NCBI GenBank assembly: GCA_030390025.1
Contig: CM059432.1
Location: 39,558,001-39,622,000 of the forward strand
Direction of reading: 5' to 3'
Source: Squalus acanthias
Lineage: Eukaryota
DNA: 64,000 nucleotides
Position 1 is the first letter of the stretch. Every line of letters begins with the position of its first letter. Of this stretch, positions 48,790 to 61,884 are shown in pieces. Both the position numbers and the translations under genes were made by a program. The notes under the pieces are model-generated. The model was not told the DNA's origin and made no database searches. It saw only the letters and a program-made list of their open reading frames with translations.

Positions 48790-48910
48790 TGCAAAGGCTA
48801 GAAATCCCAAATAACAATGGACAATGCTGCAAATACACAGCAGGTCAGTCAGAATCTGTACAGATAAAGAGAGGCTATTGACATTTTGGGTGTTTACCCG
48901 TCATCAGAAC
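48790..48910 (-). mobile_element. Old pLTR-like fragment of a second Penelope-type family with a decayed hammerhead motif
   Basis: Minus strand 48877-48910 reads CTGATGA-C-GGGT-AAAC-ACCC-AAAA-TGTC, consistent with CpG decay of CGAAACG. Confidence 0.5.
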
Positions 48911-50954
48911 AAAATTAGATCATCTGTGTTAACTAGTAGATAGAGGTCTAGATTAAGACAACTGATCTGTTACAGTGTCTGATTATCAGTAGTTGATAGT
49001 TTGGAGCTAGACCCCTGCTGTCTGTATGTATTCTACTGAAAACTATTTTTTCTACTAACCAATCACCTGTGGCATTGCTCAAGGTAAGTCAGAGGATGCT
49101 CCCTTTTATATGAACAGGAGCATTATACCACATAATGCATAATGTGTTATTCTGCTTTTGAGGTACAGCTGTCTGTATCCTGTCTGATCTTTAAGGCCAT
49201 GGGGTCTAATTGTTGTAAATAGGTACATCTTGGGGTCAATTAGAGGCCAATCACATCCTGAAGTCAATTAGAAGGTAATTGTTTCTCACAAGATTGTCAG
49301 CTGCTTGTAAATTTCTAGCTGTTCATCAAAGTCAGAAAAACCAGCAGGAAATAATTGGCTCTTTCTCTCTTTTAATATTTTATAGTGTGATATCTGAGGT
49401 GTGACGGACACATGTTAGATGCAAGACTTGATTTGTGATCCAGTCTCAATAAAATAGGTAACAGCTATTGTTATCCACAGAAAAGCTAGGCCAAAGCCCA
49501 CTTTTGTTCCTTGAGGAGGACATTAGGAACTTAAAGCACTAGAGCCTACCCTACTTATCTTCTCACTCTGCTTAGCAACAATCCTAGCTTTTTACATTTA
49601 TCCTTGTAGGAGTGGTGGGGAGGATTCCATAGTTTCAATGGCTGGTGAAAATTCTCCATTCCTTCGGTACTGGTGGCCAACATATCTTTGGGCTGACCAA
49701 AACTGAATGTCTGCTACTGTGCTATGTGGAAAGTGGGTCATGCACTGATTAACATCGCTCAGTAGCGCAGTTACCTGAAGTAAGTATTCAGGCCAGATTT
49801 ACATTGCCTGTTCCCATGGAACCCAATGCCAGCAGTAGGTAGACCACTTCCTGGCAGGAACTACAAGAAAAGAGACTATCTCATTAATTACTTACATTAA
49901 TCTCTTTCCTTTAGTATAACCAGATTTATGCCTGTGGGGCTTATTTTAATTGGTAAAATTAACAAAGCCAACATACTTTCAAAGCCACTTCATTTATTAG
50001 TGACAAGAAAATTGGTCACAGAGCATTGGCTGACTGACAGAACATTCTTTCAATGACCTATGACGCATGTGTTTTGATGGTAGTGGAAAAATAATTTTTG
50101 TCAAGTGTTTGCGGTTCTTATTTAAATTATTGTTTGCACATTGATTCACCACACAATAACTGAAATCTTAGTCCACAAACAAACCCAGATGGCCTATGAT
50201 TAAGTAACGCGGTCATTTATACCCTAAAGGAAAAGTATAACAACGGATCTTGTACAGTGGAATTTACACATCATTAAATCATTGTGCGATTTGCCCACCA
50301 TGCTCTTGTTACTCAGCATGTATAACATCCATACCATATAACAACTGTTTGTGTAGAGTTATATTGTGAATGAATTCAATTGTTGTTACAAGTTTATTAA
50401 TCATCTTTCATGTTGCAGGTCAATTAACTTCATTGTATTGCAATCTTGACTTTTTCTAGCACTGGGTTGAGAGTCTCTTCGAATAAAACCAGGTGTTTGA
50501 ATTGTTGTTGCAGTTTACACATTCATTTGAATTCAATTCATTCCAGTGAAATTATGATCTTGGTAAATATATTTTACAAGAAAATTAAAGGCATGTATAA
50601 AACCATAGTTTAGCAACTAGACAAAGTAGAAATTATGTTAAATATCCAGGTATTTCAATAACTTTTTCCAATTGAAAAATTATTTAATTTAGTATAAAAA
50701 ATCTTTGTCATAAATACACACTATGATTTTCAAAGAGCTTTAAGTATTTTTATTTTTCGAATTTGTTTTGGTTAGTTGAGAACAGTCAAAGCTCAGCCAG
50801 TAATAGCTTGGAAAGTGCATGTCAACTCCTAAACAGCATTGAAATATGAAAACTGAGTTGATTTCCCCTCATCCTAATCACCCCCAGCTACAGGGTACAT
50901 TTTCATCTTTAGCATACACAGCACAGAGTTTCGCCCACTAAAAGAAAGACACTA

Positions 50955-51200
50955 GGGGGGTGAAATTTGGTATTGCCCCGTTTGGGGCGCAATTATTGGC
51001 CGGTGATCGACAGGTGATCTGCGCATTTCTCTTTTTGTTCCTGGCAACAGAAGAAGCTGCTTTAAATAGCAGCTGCAGCCTTTAAGAGCTGTAGCTGCAT
51101 ACTATTTCCTGCCTCCTGCTGGCAACGAGCTCCCACAAATCAACTCAATTCAGGTTGGGAGCTTGCCATGAATTGCTAATAGGACCAACTTCAGGAAATC
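50955..51200. mobile_element. MITE family B end fragment
   Basis: GGGGGTGAAATTTGGTATTGCCCCGTTTGGGGCGCAATT matches the reverse complement of 56760-56799. Confidence 0.6.
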
Positions 51201-51534
51201 CCACGAGATTAGCTTGGCATGATTTCAGCAAGCTTAACACTCACTGCTCTGAGGTCTCTGCTCTAGCATTTACCCTACTGTGCTATCTGAGAGCTACAAG
51301 GTGTGCAACTCCAAAGCCATCCATTTCTAAACCCATCCAGTAGAATTAGATTTGAATTTGAATATCTCTCTCTTCTACTCAACACTGGGCTGATCACAAA
51401 ATCTCCTTTTCTCTTTCTCTGTTTAGATCTCTCGCTGTTAGCAGGCAGTAGAAACTGTTATTGCGACCATGATCAGTGATAGCTTCTGAAACAAGTTAGA
51501 ATCATAGAACGATACAGTGCAGAAGGAGGCTTTT

Positions 51535-51860
51535 TTTTAATATTCGTTCCTGAGATGTGGGCGTCACTGGCAAGGCCAACATTTATTGCCCATCCCTAAT
51601 TGCCCTTGAGAAGATGGTGGTGAGCTGACTTCTTAAATCGCTGCAGTCCGTGTGGTGAAGGTACTCCCACAGTACTGTTAGGGAGGGAGTTCCAGGATTT
51701 TGACCCAGCGACGATGAAGGATCGGCGATATACTTCCAAGTCAGGATGGTGTGACTTGGAGGGGAACTTGGAGGTGGTGGTGTCCCCATGCGCCTGCTGC
51801 CCTTGTCCTTCCAGGTGGTAGAGGGCACGGGTTTGGGAGGTGCTGCCGAAGAAGCATCGT
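51535..51860 (-). mobile_element. L2/Crack-like LINE 3' fragment
   Basis: Closely similar to 22340-22655. Confidence 0.85.
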
Positions 51861-52689
51861 GCCTGTGCGGCTGTCTGTCAGTAACTTGAAACATCGCTCT
51901 ACATGAAACTGGAGTGTTTATTTCAGTTAAGTTGCCTTGTTCAACTGTATGCAGAATAGACCTGAAGTTTTTGCAGTGGCAACAGTTCTGGTTTGTGTAA
52001 CAATAACTGTTCACTGTGGTGATGATTTTCACTTTCATCAGATTTAAAGCAGTGTTTGTGCTCCGCTGTGAAACACAGTGGGAGCAGATTTTCCTCTTTA
52101 CTCTGTCTGGCTCAGTTCCCAGGTGCAAAAAAGAGGGAAAAGGTACAGAGGGTCATAAGGATCAGACTCTGCCCCTTTACATTGTAATGGTACTTCCTAG
52201 GGATCCCTCAAGGAGAGGCACACATACAAATATGCAGAAGGGCCCTCATGAGATATAATGCCTCATTTTCCTCCAGGTAAGTTGAATGAGCACCTATTTG
52301 AGTATTTCCAAAGAAACTGGTGATTGCTCTTGCAATTGGCTTCCCTCACATTGGAGGAGCTGAGAAGCAGACAGTAAAACTGTAGACGCTGAAATAGTTA
52401 AGTGACCTATTTTTGCAGCTCCCCCAGAGATCTATGGGCCTGGAAGTTTTGACAGTGACCAAAAAGCCCTGAAGCTGGCAGTATTTATCCTTTTTGCAGG
52501 CCTCTGAGACAATGGCTAGATTTCTGCCCCCAATTCTCAGTGCTGGCCTCTGTCAACGGTCAGGCCTGTGCCTGGAGAATGCTCAGACAATATTACTGAC
52601 CTGAATCTGGAAATCCAGGTGGGTACGCTCTGCCTGACCTGCACCAGACTGGGGTGGGGGGCGGGGGGAGTGGTGGTTGGAGGAGATTC

Positions 52690-53363
52690 AGGATAACAGG
52701 TAGTTAACAGGCAGTTAAGAGGCTGTTTCCCCATTTTGAGACTTCTGCTGTGGGCTTCCCGATGTCGGGGAACCCCGCCAGGGTAAGAGGCATGCTGTGG
52801 ATATGTTGTAATATTTGTGTATAGATGACAGCTGCAGAAGTGGTGTGAAGGATCCAATGGGACACTGGTGATATCAGAGGTAAGGAGATGTTGGGAAAAT
52901 TATTTTTAATGTGTTTAGATTTTTCTGTAGGTGACAAGCTTTGAAGTTTTTGTGTGGCCTCACCTCATTGGGAGAAGTGACAGATCGCTTCTGTACCCTC
53001 ACCTGCAGCTGCCATCTGTTTTATCCTAAGGAGAGAGTCATTGGAGAGCCTGGTGAAAGGGCTCACCTTTGTACAGTGATTGTCAGTGTTTGACAGCACC
53101 TCAATGCTGTCAAACACTGACAGATCATCTGTCAAAAATAAATGGTACATGTCCCTTTAAGAAAACCGGCAGATGAAGCGTCATCAACTGACGTCATCTG
53201 ACACCGGCTTTCCCTTAATTGGCCGGCAAGCCTGTAGGGCGGGCTTAAAAAGGCCAATCAGGGGAAAATAGCATCTGTGCGTTGGATGTCACTGGGGGCG
53301 GGACTAGAACCCGGAAGGCAGCAGTCCTGTCCTCAACTCGTCTCGGTAAGTAAAATCCAGACC
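52690..53363. mobile_element. PIF/Harbinger family A element, right part
   Basis: Closely similar to 39013-39686; ends GTAAAATCCAGACC. Confidence 0.88.
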
Positions 53364-56300
53364 ACTTCCATCGGCAGCGGTCCTCACCACTCGCTGCTTA
53401 AAAAAGTTTTTCCTCACATCCCCCCTGTATCTCTTGCCCAAAACCTTAATCTGTGTCCCCTAGTCCTTGTACTATCAACTAGTGGGAACAGCCTTTCCCC
53501 ATCTAGCCTATCCAAACCCGTCATAATCTTGTACACCTCTATCAAATCACCGTTCAATGAAAACAAATCCAGCTTCTCCAACGTGTCCTTGTAGCTAAGA
53601 TCCCCCATCCCCGGAACCATTCTGGTAAATCTCCTCTGCACCCTCTCAAGTGCCTTCACAACCTTCCTAAAGTGTGGTGACCAGAACTGGACGCAATACT
53701 CCAGTTGTGGCCTAATCAGCGCTTTATAAAGGTTCAGTATAACTTCTCTACTTTTGCACTCAATACCTCTATTTATGAAGCCCAAGATCCCATATGCTTT
53801 ATTAACCACTCTCTCAATATGTCCCGACACCTTCAGGGACCTATGCACATTAACTCCCAGGTCCCTCTGTCCCTGCACACTCTTAAAACTGTGACATTAA
53901 GTGTATATTGCCTCTCCCTGTTCCTTCTACCAAAATGCATCACCTCACACTTCTCTGTATTAAATTCCATCTGCCACTTGTCTGCCCATTCTGCTAGCCT
54001 TTCTATGTCCTGTTGTAGTCGATTGGTATCATCCTCACTGTTTGCCACCCCCCCAAGTTTGGTGTCATCGGTAAATTTAGAAATTCTACTCAGTATTCCA
54101 ATATCCAGGTCATTTGTATATATCAAAAAAAGCAGTGGCCCTAGCACTGACCCTTGGGGAATACCACTGTCTACCATCCTCCAGTCTAAAAAACAGCTAT
54201 TTACCACAACTCGCTGTTTTCAGTCCTTAAGCCAATTCCTTATCCAAGCTGCCACTGACCCACCTATTCCACGAGCCTCAATTTTGTTAACCAGCCTTCT
54301 ATGTGGTACTTTGTCAAACGCCTTCCGAAAATCCATGTAGACAACATCCATTGCATTCCCTTCATCAATCCTCCCTGTTACTTCGTCAAAAAATTCAATT
54401 AGATTAGTCAAACACGATCTGACTTTTACAAATCTGTGTTGGCTCTCCTTAATTAGCTTAAACCTCACCAAGTGCCCGTTAATTTTTTCCTTGATTATTG
54501 TTTCCAGAACTTTACCCACCACTGATGTTAAGCTGACCGGTCTGTAGTTACTAGGATTGTCATTACTCCCATTCTTGAACAATGGTGTCACATTTGCTAC
54601 TTTCCAATCCTCAGGCGCCTCCCCCGCATCTAGGGAAGATTGGAAAATTATGGCCAGCCCTTCCGTTATCTCTTCCCCCAATTCCCTTAGCAACCTGGGA
54701 TGCAAGCCATCTGGACCAGGCGACTTATCCACTCTAAGCATACCCAGCCTTTCTAGTACATCCTGTCTATCAATTTTCACCCCTTCCATTGCTTCTACCT
54801 TTTCCACTTCTACCGATATTTTGTCAGAATCCACCTCCTTAGTAAACACCGATCCAAAGTACTCATTGAGTATTCTAGCCTTGCCCTGCTCTTCTAAGCA
54901 TATATCACCTTCTTTATCCCTAATAGGCCCCACCCTGCCTCTTACTATCCGCTTACTGTTTACATGCTGGTAGAAGATTTTTGGGTTCCCTTTTACGTTA
55001 ACCGCCATTCTACTCTCATATTCTCTCTTTGCCAATCTTATTTTCATCTTCACTTCCCCTCTCAACTTATTGTATTTGGTCTGGTTCTCCCTTGAAGAAT
55101 TCACCTGACATTCATCATACACCCTCTTTTTTTTGTTTCATCATCTTCTCTATCTCCCTCGTCATCCAAGGAGCCCTTGCTTTGGTTCCCTTACCCTTCC
55201 CTCTTGTTGGAATGTACCTAGCCTGTACTTGGAACATCTCCTCCTTAAAGATCACCCATTGTTCCATTACAGTTTTTACTGTCAGTCTTTGGTTCCATTT
55301 TACCCTGGCTAGATCCTTTCGAATCCCATTGAAGTTAGCCCTATTCCAGTTTAGAAGTTCCATTCTAGATTGTTCCTTGCTCCTCTCCATTGCTAATCTA
55401 AATCTTATGATACGATGATCACTGGTACCCAAGTGTTCTCCCACAGACACTTGGTCGACCTGGCTCACCTCATTCCCCAGCACCAGATTCAGCAATGCCT
55501 CCTTCCTAGTTGGGCCAAGAACATACTGGTCAAGGAACTTCTCCTGAACACATTTCAGAAATTCCTTCCCCTCCTTCTCCTTTACCCTAGCATTATCCCA
55601 ATCGATATTTGGGTAATTAAAGTCCCCCAATATCACCACACTATAGCTCTTGCATATCTCTGCGATTTCCCTGCAGATTTGCTCCTCTACCTCCCTCTCA
55701 CTATTTGGAGGCCTGTAGAATACCCCCAATAGCATGATCATACCCTTTTTGCTCCTCAACTCTAACCAAATGGATTCTGTCCTTTTCTCCTCAAGAACAT
55801 CCTCCCTTTCCAACACTACAATGTCTTCCTTAATCAGCACTGCCACCCCACCTCCCTTTTTACTTTCCCTATCCTTTCTGAACACCTTGTACCCTTAAAT
55901 ATTAAGGGGGAAAAATTCAGTTGGTTGCGCCTCCGGTTAGCGCTTTAAGAGGGCGCTAATGGGGTGCAAAGCAACTAATGCCCGGGCGCGGCGATGTTCG
56001 CGCCGCTCGCGAAATTAACTGGACACTTTGCGGCGGCGCTAAACACTACCACGACGATCTCCTGCGCCGGCAGATCGTGACGTCAGTCGAGTGCGCAACG
56101 CCCCGGTAGCGTCCCGGAGTGGATATTGAGTGGCGCCCCCTGCCTTACCGCCTGCCGCTAGCAACGACAGGTTGAGGGGAGCGTTTTGCAGTCAGGAAGG
56201 GACTGGAGGAGCGCTATTTAAAGGCGACCGCTTCCTGCCTTTTTTTGTTGGTGACATTTTTGCACCACACATTCTGAGAGAGAGAAAGAGAGAGACTGCT

Positions 56301-58020
56301 GAAGAGATTCAACGCTGTGTGAAGGAGTTTTGGGTACTGAGCAGCACTTTGCAGGTTCATTTTGATTTGCCCTTCCTTGTATTGATTTAGAAGAGACTGT
56401 GGTGGTTGCACTCTAAGCTCTTTCCCTGGTACTCTCCATTGTTCTTTCCAGCAGATTTGATGTACAGGTCTCTCCAGGCCGAGATTCAAGGCTGCAATGA
56501 GCAGGATGTGGATGGAAAGCAAGATCAACCCTCCCCTTTAAGAACTGGCCGGCGCCATTGTGTGTGTGTTCCATTGCTGACTGACATCACATGAGCTTCG
56601 CCAGCGCTCTGAGTTAGCGCCTCGCTCCTCGGCCTTTGCGCCTTAAGACAGGTGTGAAGCGCCTGATTTAGCGCTCCAATCACCTCCAGGGGCGATAAAG
56701 TCAAGTTTGCAGTCAGAGGCGATAATTAGCGCCAGGCGCTAATCTTTGCGCCCGGCCGATAATTGCGCCCCAAATGGGGCGATACTGAATTTCTCCCCCT
56801 AAGTGCCTAGTCCTCACCGTTTTTAGGCCACGTTTCCGTTATTGCCACAACATCATATTGCCACATGGCTAATTGTGCTTGTAGCTCACCAACCTTATTC
56901 ACCACACTTTGTGCATTTACGTACATGCATTCTAAACACATTTTTGAATTTTTCGTAGTCTTTCTTCGTCTGCGCCTATCTAATATGGTACTACTTCTGC
57001 CTCGAGTACTACTTTATTCTCTCATACTATCCAACACACTCACTCTTTTATGCACCTTATTCCTCTTTTCTACTCCTATATGCTGGTGCCCATCCCCCTG
57101 CCAAGCTAGTTTAAACCCTCCCCAACAGCACTAGCAAACCTCCCCACAAGAATATTGGTCCCGGCTCTGTCGAGGTGTAACCTGTCCGGCTTGTACAGGT
57201 CCCACCTTCCCCAGAAATGGTCCCAACGCCTCAGGAATCTAAAGCCCTCCCTCCTGCACCATCTCTCCAGCCACGCATTCATCTGTTCTATCCTCCTATT
57301 CCTGTATTCACTAGCATGTGACACCGGGAGTAATCCGGAGATTACTACCTTTGAGGTCCTGCTTTTTAATCTCTTTCCTAGCTACCTATAGTCTGCCTGC
57401 AGGATCTCATCCCTCTTTCTGCCTATGTCGTTGGTACCGATATGGACAACGACCTCTGGCTGTTCACCCTCCCCCCTCAGAGTGTCCTGCAGCCGCTCAG
57501 TGACATCCTTGACCCTGGCACCAGGGAGGCAACATACCATCCTGGAGTTACGCCTGCGTCCACAGAAACGCCTATCTGTTCCCCTAACCAATGAATCCCC
57601 TATCACTATTGCTCTTCCACTCTTCTTCCTCCCCCCCCCGTGCAGCAGAGCCACCCGTGGTGCCGTGGCCTTGGTTCTGGCTGCTCTCCCCAGAGGAGCC
57701 ATCACCCCCACCAGTTTCCAGAACTGTGAACTGGTTAGCGAGCAAGATGCACACTGGGGATTCCTGCCCTACCTGCCTGGTCTTCCTTCTCTGTCTGGTG
57801 GTCAGCCATTCCCTCTCTGCCTGCCCATTCTGAGGCTGCAAGGTGACCACTTCTAGCAACGTGCTTTCCAAGTATTTCTCAGCCTCGCGGATGCACTGTC
57901 GTGACTCCAGCTGCCGCTCAAGCTCCGAAACCCGGAGCTCGAGTTGCTGCAGTTGGCGACACTTCCTGCACACGTGGTCGTCCAGGCCGCAAGAAGCATC
58001 CAGGATTTCCCACATGGCAC
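53364..58020 (-). mobile_element. Near full-length CR1 LINE (ORF1 Cys-motif/coiled coil + SGNH esterase; ORF2 APE endonuclease + RT), decayed
   Basis: ORF1: CRKCRQLQQLELRV, IVIGDSLVR, CLPGARVKDV, VHIGTND. ORF2: YVNAQS, ITETW, GGGVA, YRPP, GDFN, SDH, FRKAFDKVPH, PQGSVLGP, FTDDTK. Several frameshifts and stops. Confidence 0.95.
55906..56799. mobile_element. PIF/Harbinger-type MITE (family B) inserted in the CR1 endonuclease region
   Basis: TIR GGGGGAAAAATTCAGT / ACTGAATTTCTCCCCC; canonical TAA TSD (55903-55905 / 56800-56802). Confidence 0.92.
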
Positions 58021-59009
58021 AGCATCTGCTGTCATTGCAACAACTGAATCCATAACAATACCCACATACTCATCCTGTACCCTTGATCTTAGCAGAAGGG
58101 TCACAAGTCCAGACAGGAGCGCCATGCACACCTCAGCACTCCATACCACTCACATTACTTGAAGCTGCTAGCCCAAACAATCACATCTGGAGGGTATTAG
58201 TGAGTTGGAAAAAGCAACACAGGCTGAGTCACGGATCACAAGGAGGGGCAGTGATGAGTGAAGAAGGGCTGGTTGTTGCTTAGTGGAATTACGTTATTGG
58301 TAAAGGCCATTAAGCAACAAACAACAGTACTGGAATCTGCAAAGGTGACCTCAAGCACCCAAATAAAGAGCACAGCCGCAGCATCTCTCAGGAACTGATG
58401 ACGTTGGTACACTGAAAGCCACAACGCGAGAGGTAATAAAAGCAAGCTTTGATAAGCTTGAAAACATGCTAGAGAAGGTGATGAAGGAAGAATTCAGTAA
58501 TCACAGCAGTGCAACTCTTCGTATTTAGGCATCGGTGACCGCAGTCAGGTCTCAGGCTCCTTTAGCAGTTTGCAATGTGAAGTCAATGAAAATAAAAACC
58601 GGGAGAAATGTAAAACGAGCTGCTGAATCGCTAACACCCGCTTTACACTATCACACAAAGTCAAGATCTACCCCTCTGTGTAAACAAATTCCTCTAAATT
58701 CTTGATTTGATCTGTTAGTGGCTATCAGGGCTTTGGTATGCTCACTGGTCACCTGATTTATTCTGCTACTTTTATGTTGATGCACACCCAAAACCACATT
58801 ACACTTGATGCACAAAAGTGATAGTATGAATGCAGCCTTATATTAATAAAAGCAAATGCTGCACACTGTAAAGATTGCAGTCACCATTTTCAGTGTAAGA
58901 TTAATGGAACAAAATTGCTTTCCATATACTGGTGGGGGAAAAGTACTTATTCTTGTACCAAAAATATCAGCCAATTTAAATTAATTTTAAAATATACATA
59001 GATTTTTGT

Positions 59010-59578
59010 GGACCGATTTTAACCCTGCTCGCCCAATGGAAACCGGGCAAGCGGGCAGTTAAAATGGGCGTATATACTTCGCCCCTCTGAATCCACTGCC
59101 TTCCTGCAGGTTGTAATTTAAACCTGCCTTTTTGAGCAGGCGAGCGGGGCACCTGCTGGAAGCCAGTGTAGTCTCTCTTTAAATATGCAAATCGGGGGCC
59201 GACCGTAATTTAACCCGAGGCCTGTGCAAGGAATCTGTTGAGGCTGTCCCATCAGGCCAGCCTGGCAGCAAGAGGAGCCAGAGCCAAAAGAGGCTCAGAA
59301 GGGCCTACCGTACCCGGTCTCACCACCTCCCCCCCGCCCGCCCGCCCACCACCGTCCACCAATGCCCTCCTGACAACTTACCCTGGGACTGTTCCTTTGG
59401 GTCCTGGGCAGTGGCTTCCTGCTACTCGAAATCCCACTCCCACCTGCCAGCCAGGTAGTGTTTCCTGCCAGGCTATGGTAGGGGACTGACAGGGCCTCAT
59501 GCCCCGAAGGGACAGACGGTTTGCCATCAGCCTCAGCGCCCAGGCCACACAACTCCTGCCAGGGTTTAAAATCGGGGC
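59010..59578. mobile_element. Harbinger-like MITE
   Basis: Imperfect TIR GGACCGATTTTAACCCTG / CAGGGTTTAAAATCGGGGC; flanks TGT/TCT. Confidence 0.7.
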
Positions 59579-59599
59579 TCTGCATTCTGTTCTTGTTTC

Positions 59600-60000
59600 C
59601 AGAAAGAGCCAAGGGGAAAAAAAATCATTGATATTTTTAGGCACTGACTGCTGTACTACAAGTGGTTCATGTTCACCCTCATCCTTTTCTTGGGGCTTGT
59701 GTTTCTCCTGTTCTTCTTCAGCAAGCATATGTATGTCTTTTTCGATAGCAATACTACAGTTATTCATCCAACTCACTCTGACTCATACTACATGGCATGA
59801 CCAGAACAGTCCAAAAACCAGAAACCTTGCTTTAGGACAAAGATATGCTCTGCTGTATTTTTGTATTCCCGATGTGGATCAATATAAGCCTTTGCCTGTG
59901 GAGACTCAGATTCCATAGAGGTGTCATCAGCCACATTTGGACTGGGTACCTAGGCAGGTTCTTCCATGCACATTTCAAAGTATCAGTGACAGACTTGGTG
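59600..60000 (-). pseudogene. Highly decayed Harbinger transposase C-terminal remnant
   Basis: Minus strand encodes YPVQMWLMTP and LKQGFWFLDCSG followed by an acidic tail, resembling the HARBI1-family GYP...WLMTP and LK.RFRCLD.SG motifs. Confidence 0.6.
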
Positions 60001-60439
60001 CAACAACCATGCCACAGACTTCACTGAAAGACTCCAGCTTTAGCCAGTATCTCTGAGCTGCTGGCTCCCTCCAGTGCTTTAATGCCAGCTTTAAATGTGA
60101 GAAATGAACGCACTGCAACAATGGAGTATACTGGTGTGTTCCTCAGTAATTGCTGCTTAACAAGTGGGAAAAAAAGCTTTTAACTGCGGGTTCCTGCCTT
60201 AATTACATTAGAAATATTTACTCCCGTGAACATGTTTAGGACTGTGGACAAAAGTTAACACCCGCTCAATTAATGGCAATTCACAAATTTACTACTTCCT
60301 ATCGCACAATTAGTGCATGTGCTTACTCTAATGTACAGAACAAATTGAACCATAATGTTTATCCTTTACAAAAACTGAGAAGCCTAGAACAATTATGCAG
60401 TGCCAATCCTCCAGTCATGATAGGAACAAAGAATATGTA

Positions 60440-60935
60440 GGGCACCATTCCTCAGGATGGACATATTGGTCTTGGAGGGGGTGCAGTGCAGATTCACCAG
60501 AATGATACCGGGGCTAGAAGGGTTAAATTATGAGGACAGGTTGCATAAACTAGGCTTGTGTTTTCTTGAGTATAGAAGATTAAGGGGTGATCTAATTGAG
60601 GTGTTTAAAATAATTAATGGACTTGATAGGGTAGATAGAAACTATTTCCTCTGGTAGAGGAGTCCAGTACAAGGGGGCATAACCTTAAAATTAGAACTAG
60701 GCAGTTCAGGAGTGATGTCAGGAAGCACTTCTTCACACAATCTGGAACCCTCTCTCCCAAAAAGCTATTGATGATAGGTCACTTGAAAATTTCAAAACTG
60801 AGATTGATAGATTTTTGTTAGGCTAGAGTAACCAAGGCAGGTAGATGGAGTCAAGATACAGATCAGCCAAGATCTAATTGAATGGCGGAACAGGCTCGAA
60901 GGGCTAAATGGCCTACTCCTATTCCTGTTCCTATG
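60440..60935 (+). mobile_element. CR1 3' end
   Basis: ORF 60457..60657 (LEGVQCRFTRMIPG...LRGDLIEVFK) plus 3' UTR. Confidence 0.9.
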
Positions 60936-61402
60936 TAATATGATGAAGGAAAAGACCATTGTCCAAAGTCTGCTGCTACTGGTAGCAGTATGTTTCATCG
61001 CCATTTTGTGGTTCTATGTATTGAGGAACATCCATCTTTGGCCCAATAATCCTGTTATCACCTTGTAAAAAATGAAATGCTAAAGTAAGCTACTGGTGTT
61101 ATTCTTGGAAACTACTGTTGACTTAGCCTATGTTATTCCATCTCAATGTTTTGTGATTTAGGCCTTACTCCAGGAAAATTAGTGTGCTAAGCACCAGCCC
61201 TTCTCTTGTTAAATACATTGCTCATTACAAAAATGCACTATCTATACGTGCAATTATATTTGCCTAAATAGTGAAGGGAGACAGGATTGCACTCTATTGT
61301 CAATTATCCCACAAGTGTTCACTGGTCCAAGCTCATACATGAAGACCAGCTACTTTGGAGGGGTGAAAGAGTTTGTGGAACTGTGCCTCCACATGAGGCA
61401 TT

Positions 61403-61880
61403 GGGCTAGACTTCCCCTGCCTGCCAGAAATGTGGCAGGTGGGACTTTCGAATCAGGGCAAGAAAACCTGTATATTTATCTGGGCAGAGCAGCTCATCGA
61501 GTATGCCAAGCAAGTTTTCAATGCTGTTCCCGCTCCTGATTGGCTTACCACCACTCAGAGGGAGGAAATTTGCTGCAGCTGTCATTTAGTAGGCTGAAGC
61601 TGCTTAAAGAGCCAGAAGCACGTGACATACCGCAAGACCGAGAGAGAGATAGCCAACAGATGGCAGAAATGGCAGAAGGAGGGGGCAGCATTGTGGGTTG
61701 ATGCTGTGACAAAAGCCAACAGATTCTCTTACATCTCACTAGAAGTCCTTTTGGCTAAGATAAAGGCAAAAAGAGATCAGCTCCTAGGAACTCAAGAAAG
61801 GAAGCCACAGAAGAGAATCATCCAGATTTTATGGAGGTAAGTGGCTCAGGCAGCCAGTGCCATTACCATCATCCCAAACA
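61403..61880 (+). mobile_element. Old Harbinger end with Myb/SANT exon remnant
   Basis: GGGCTAGACTT start; KANRFSYISLEVLLAKIKAKRDQLLG...ILWR. Confidence 0.55.
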
Positions 61881-61884
61881 CTAT

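Noticed and set aside
52130..52500. Possible very old Harbinger transposase remnant (GFPHIGG-like peptide)
   Set aside because: Too decayed to support without alignment.
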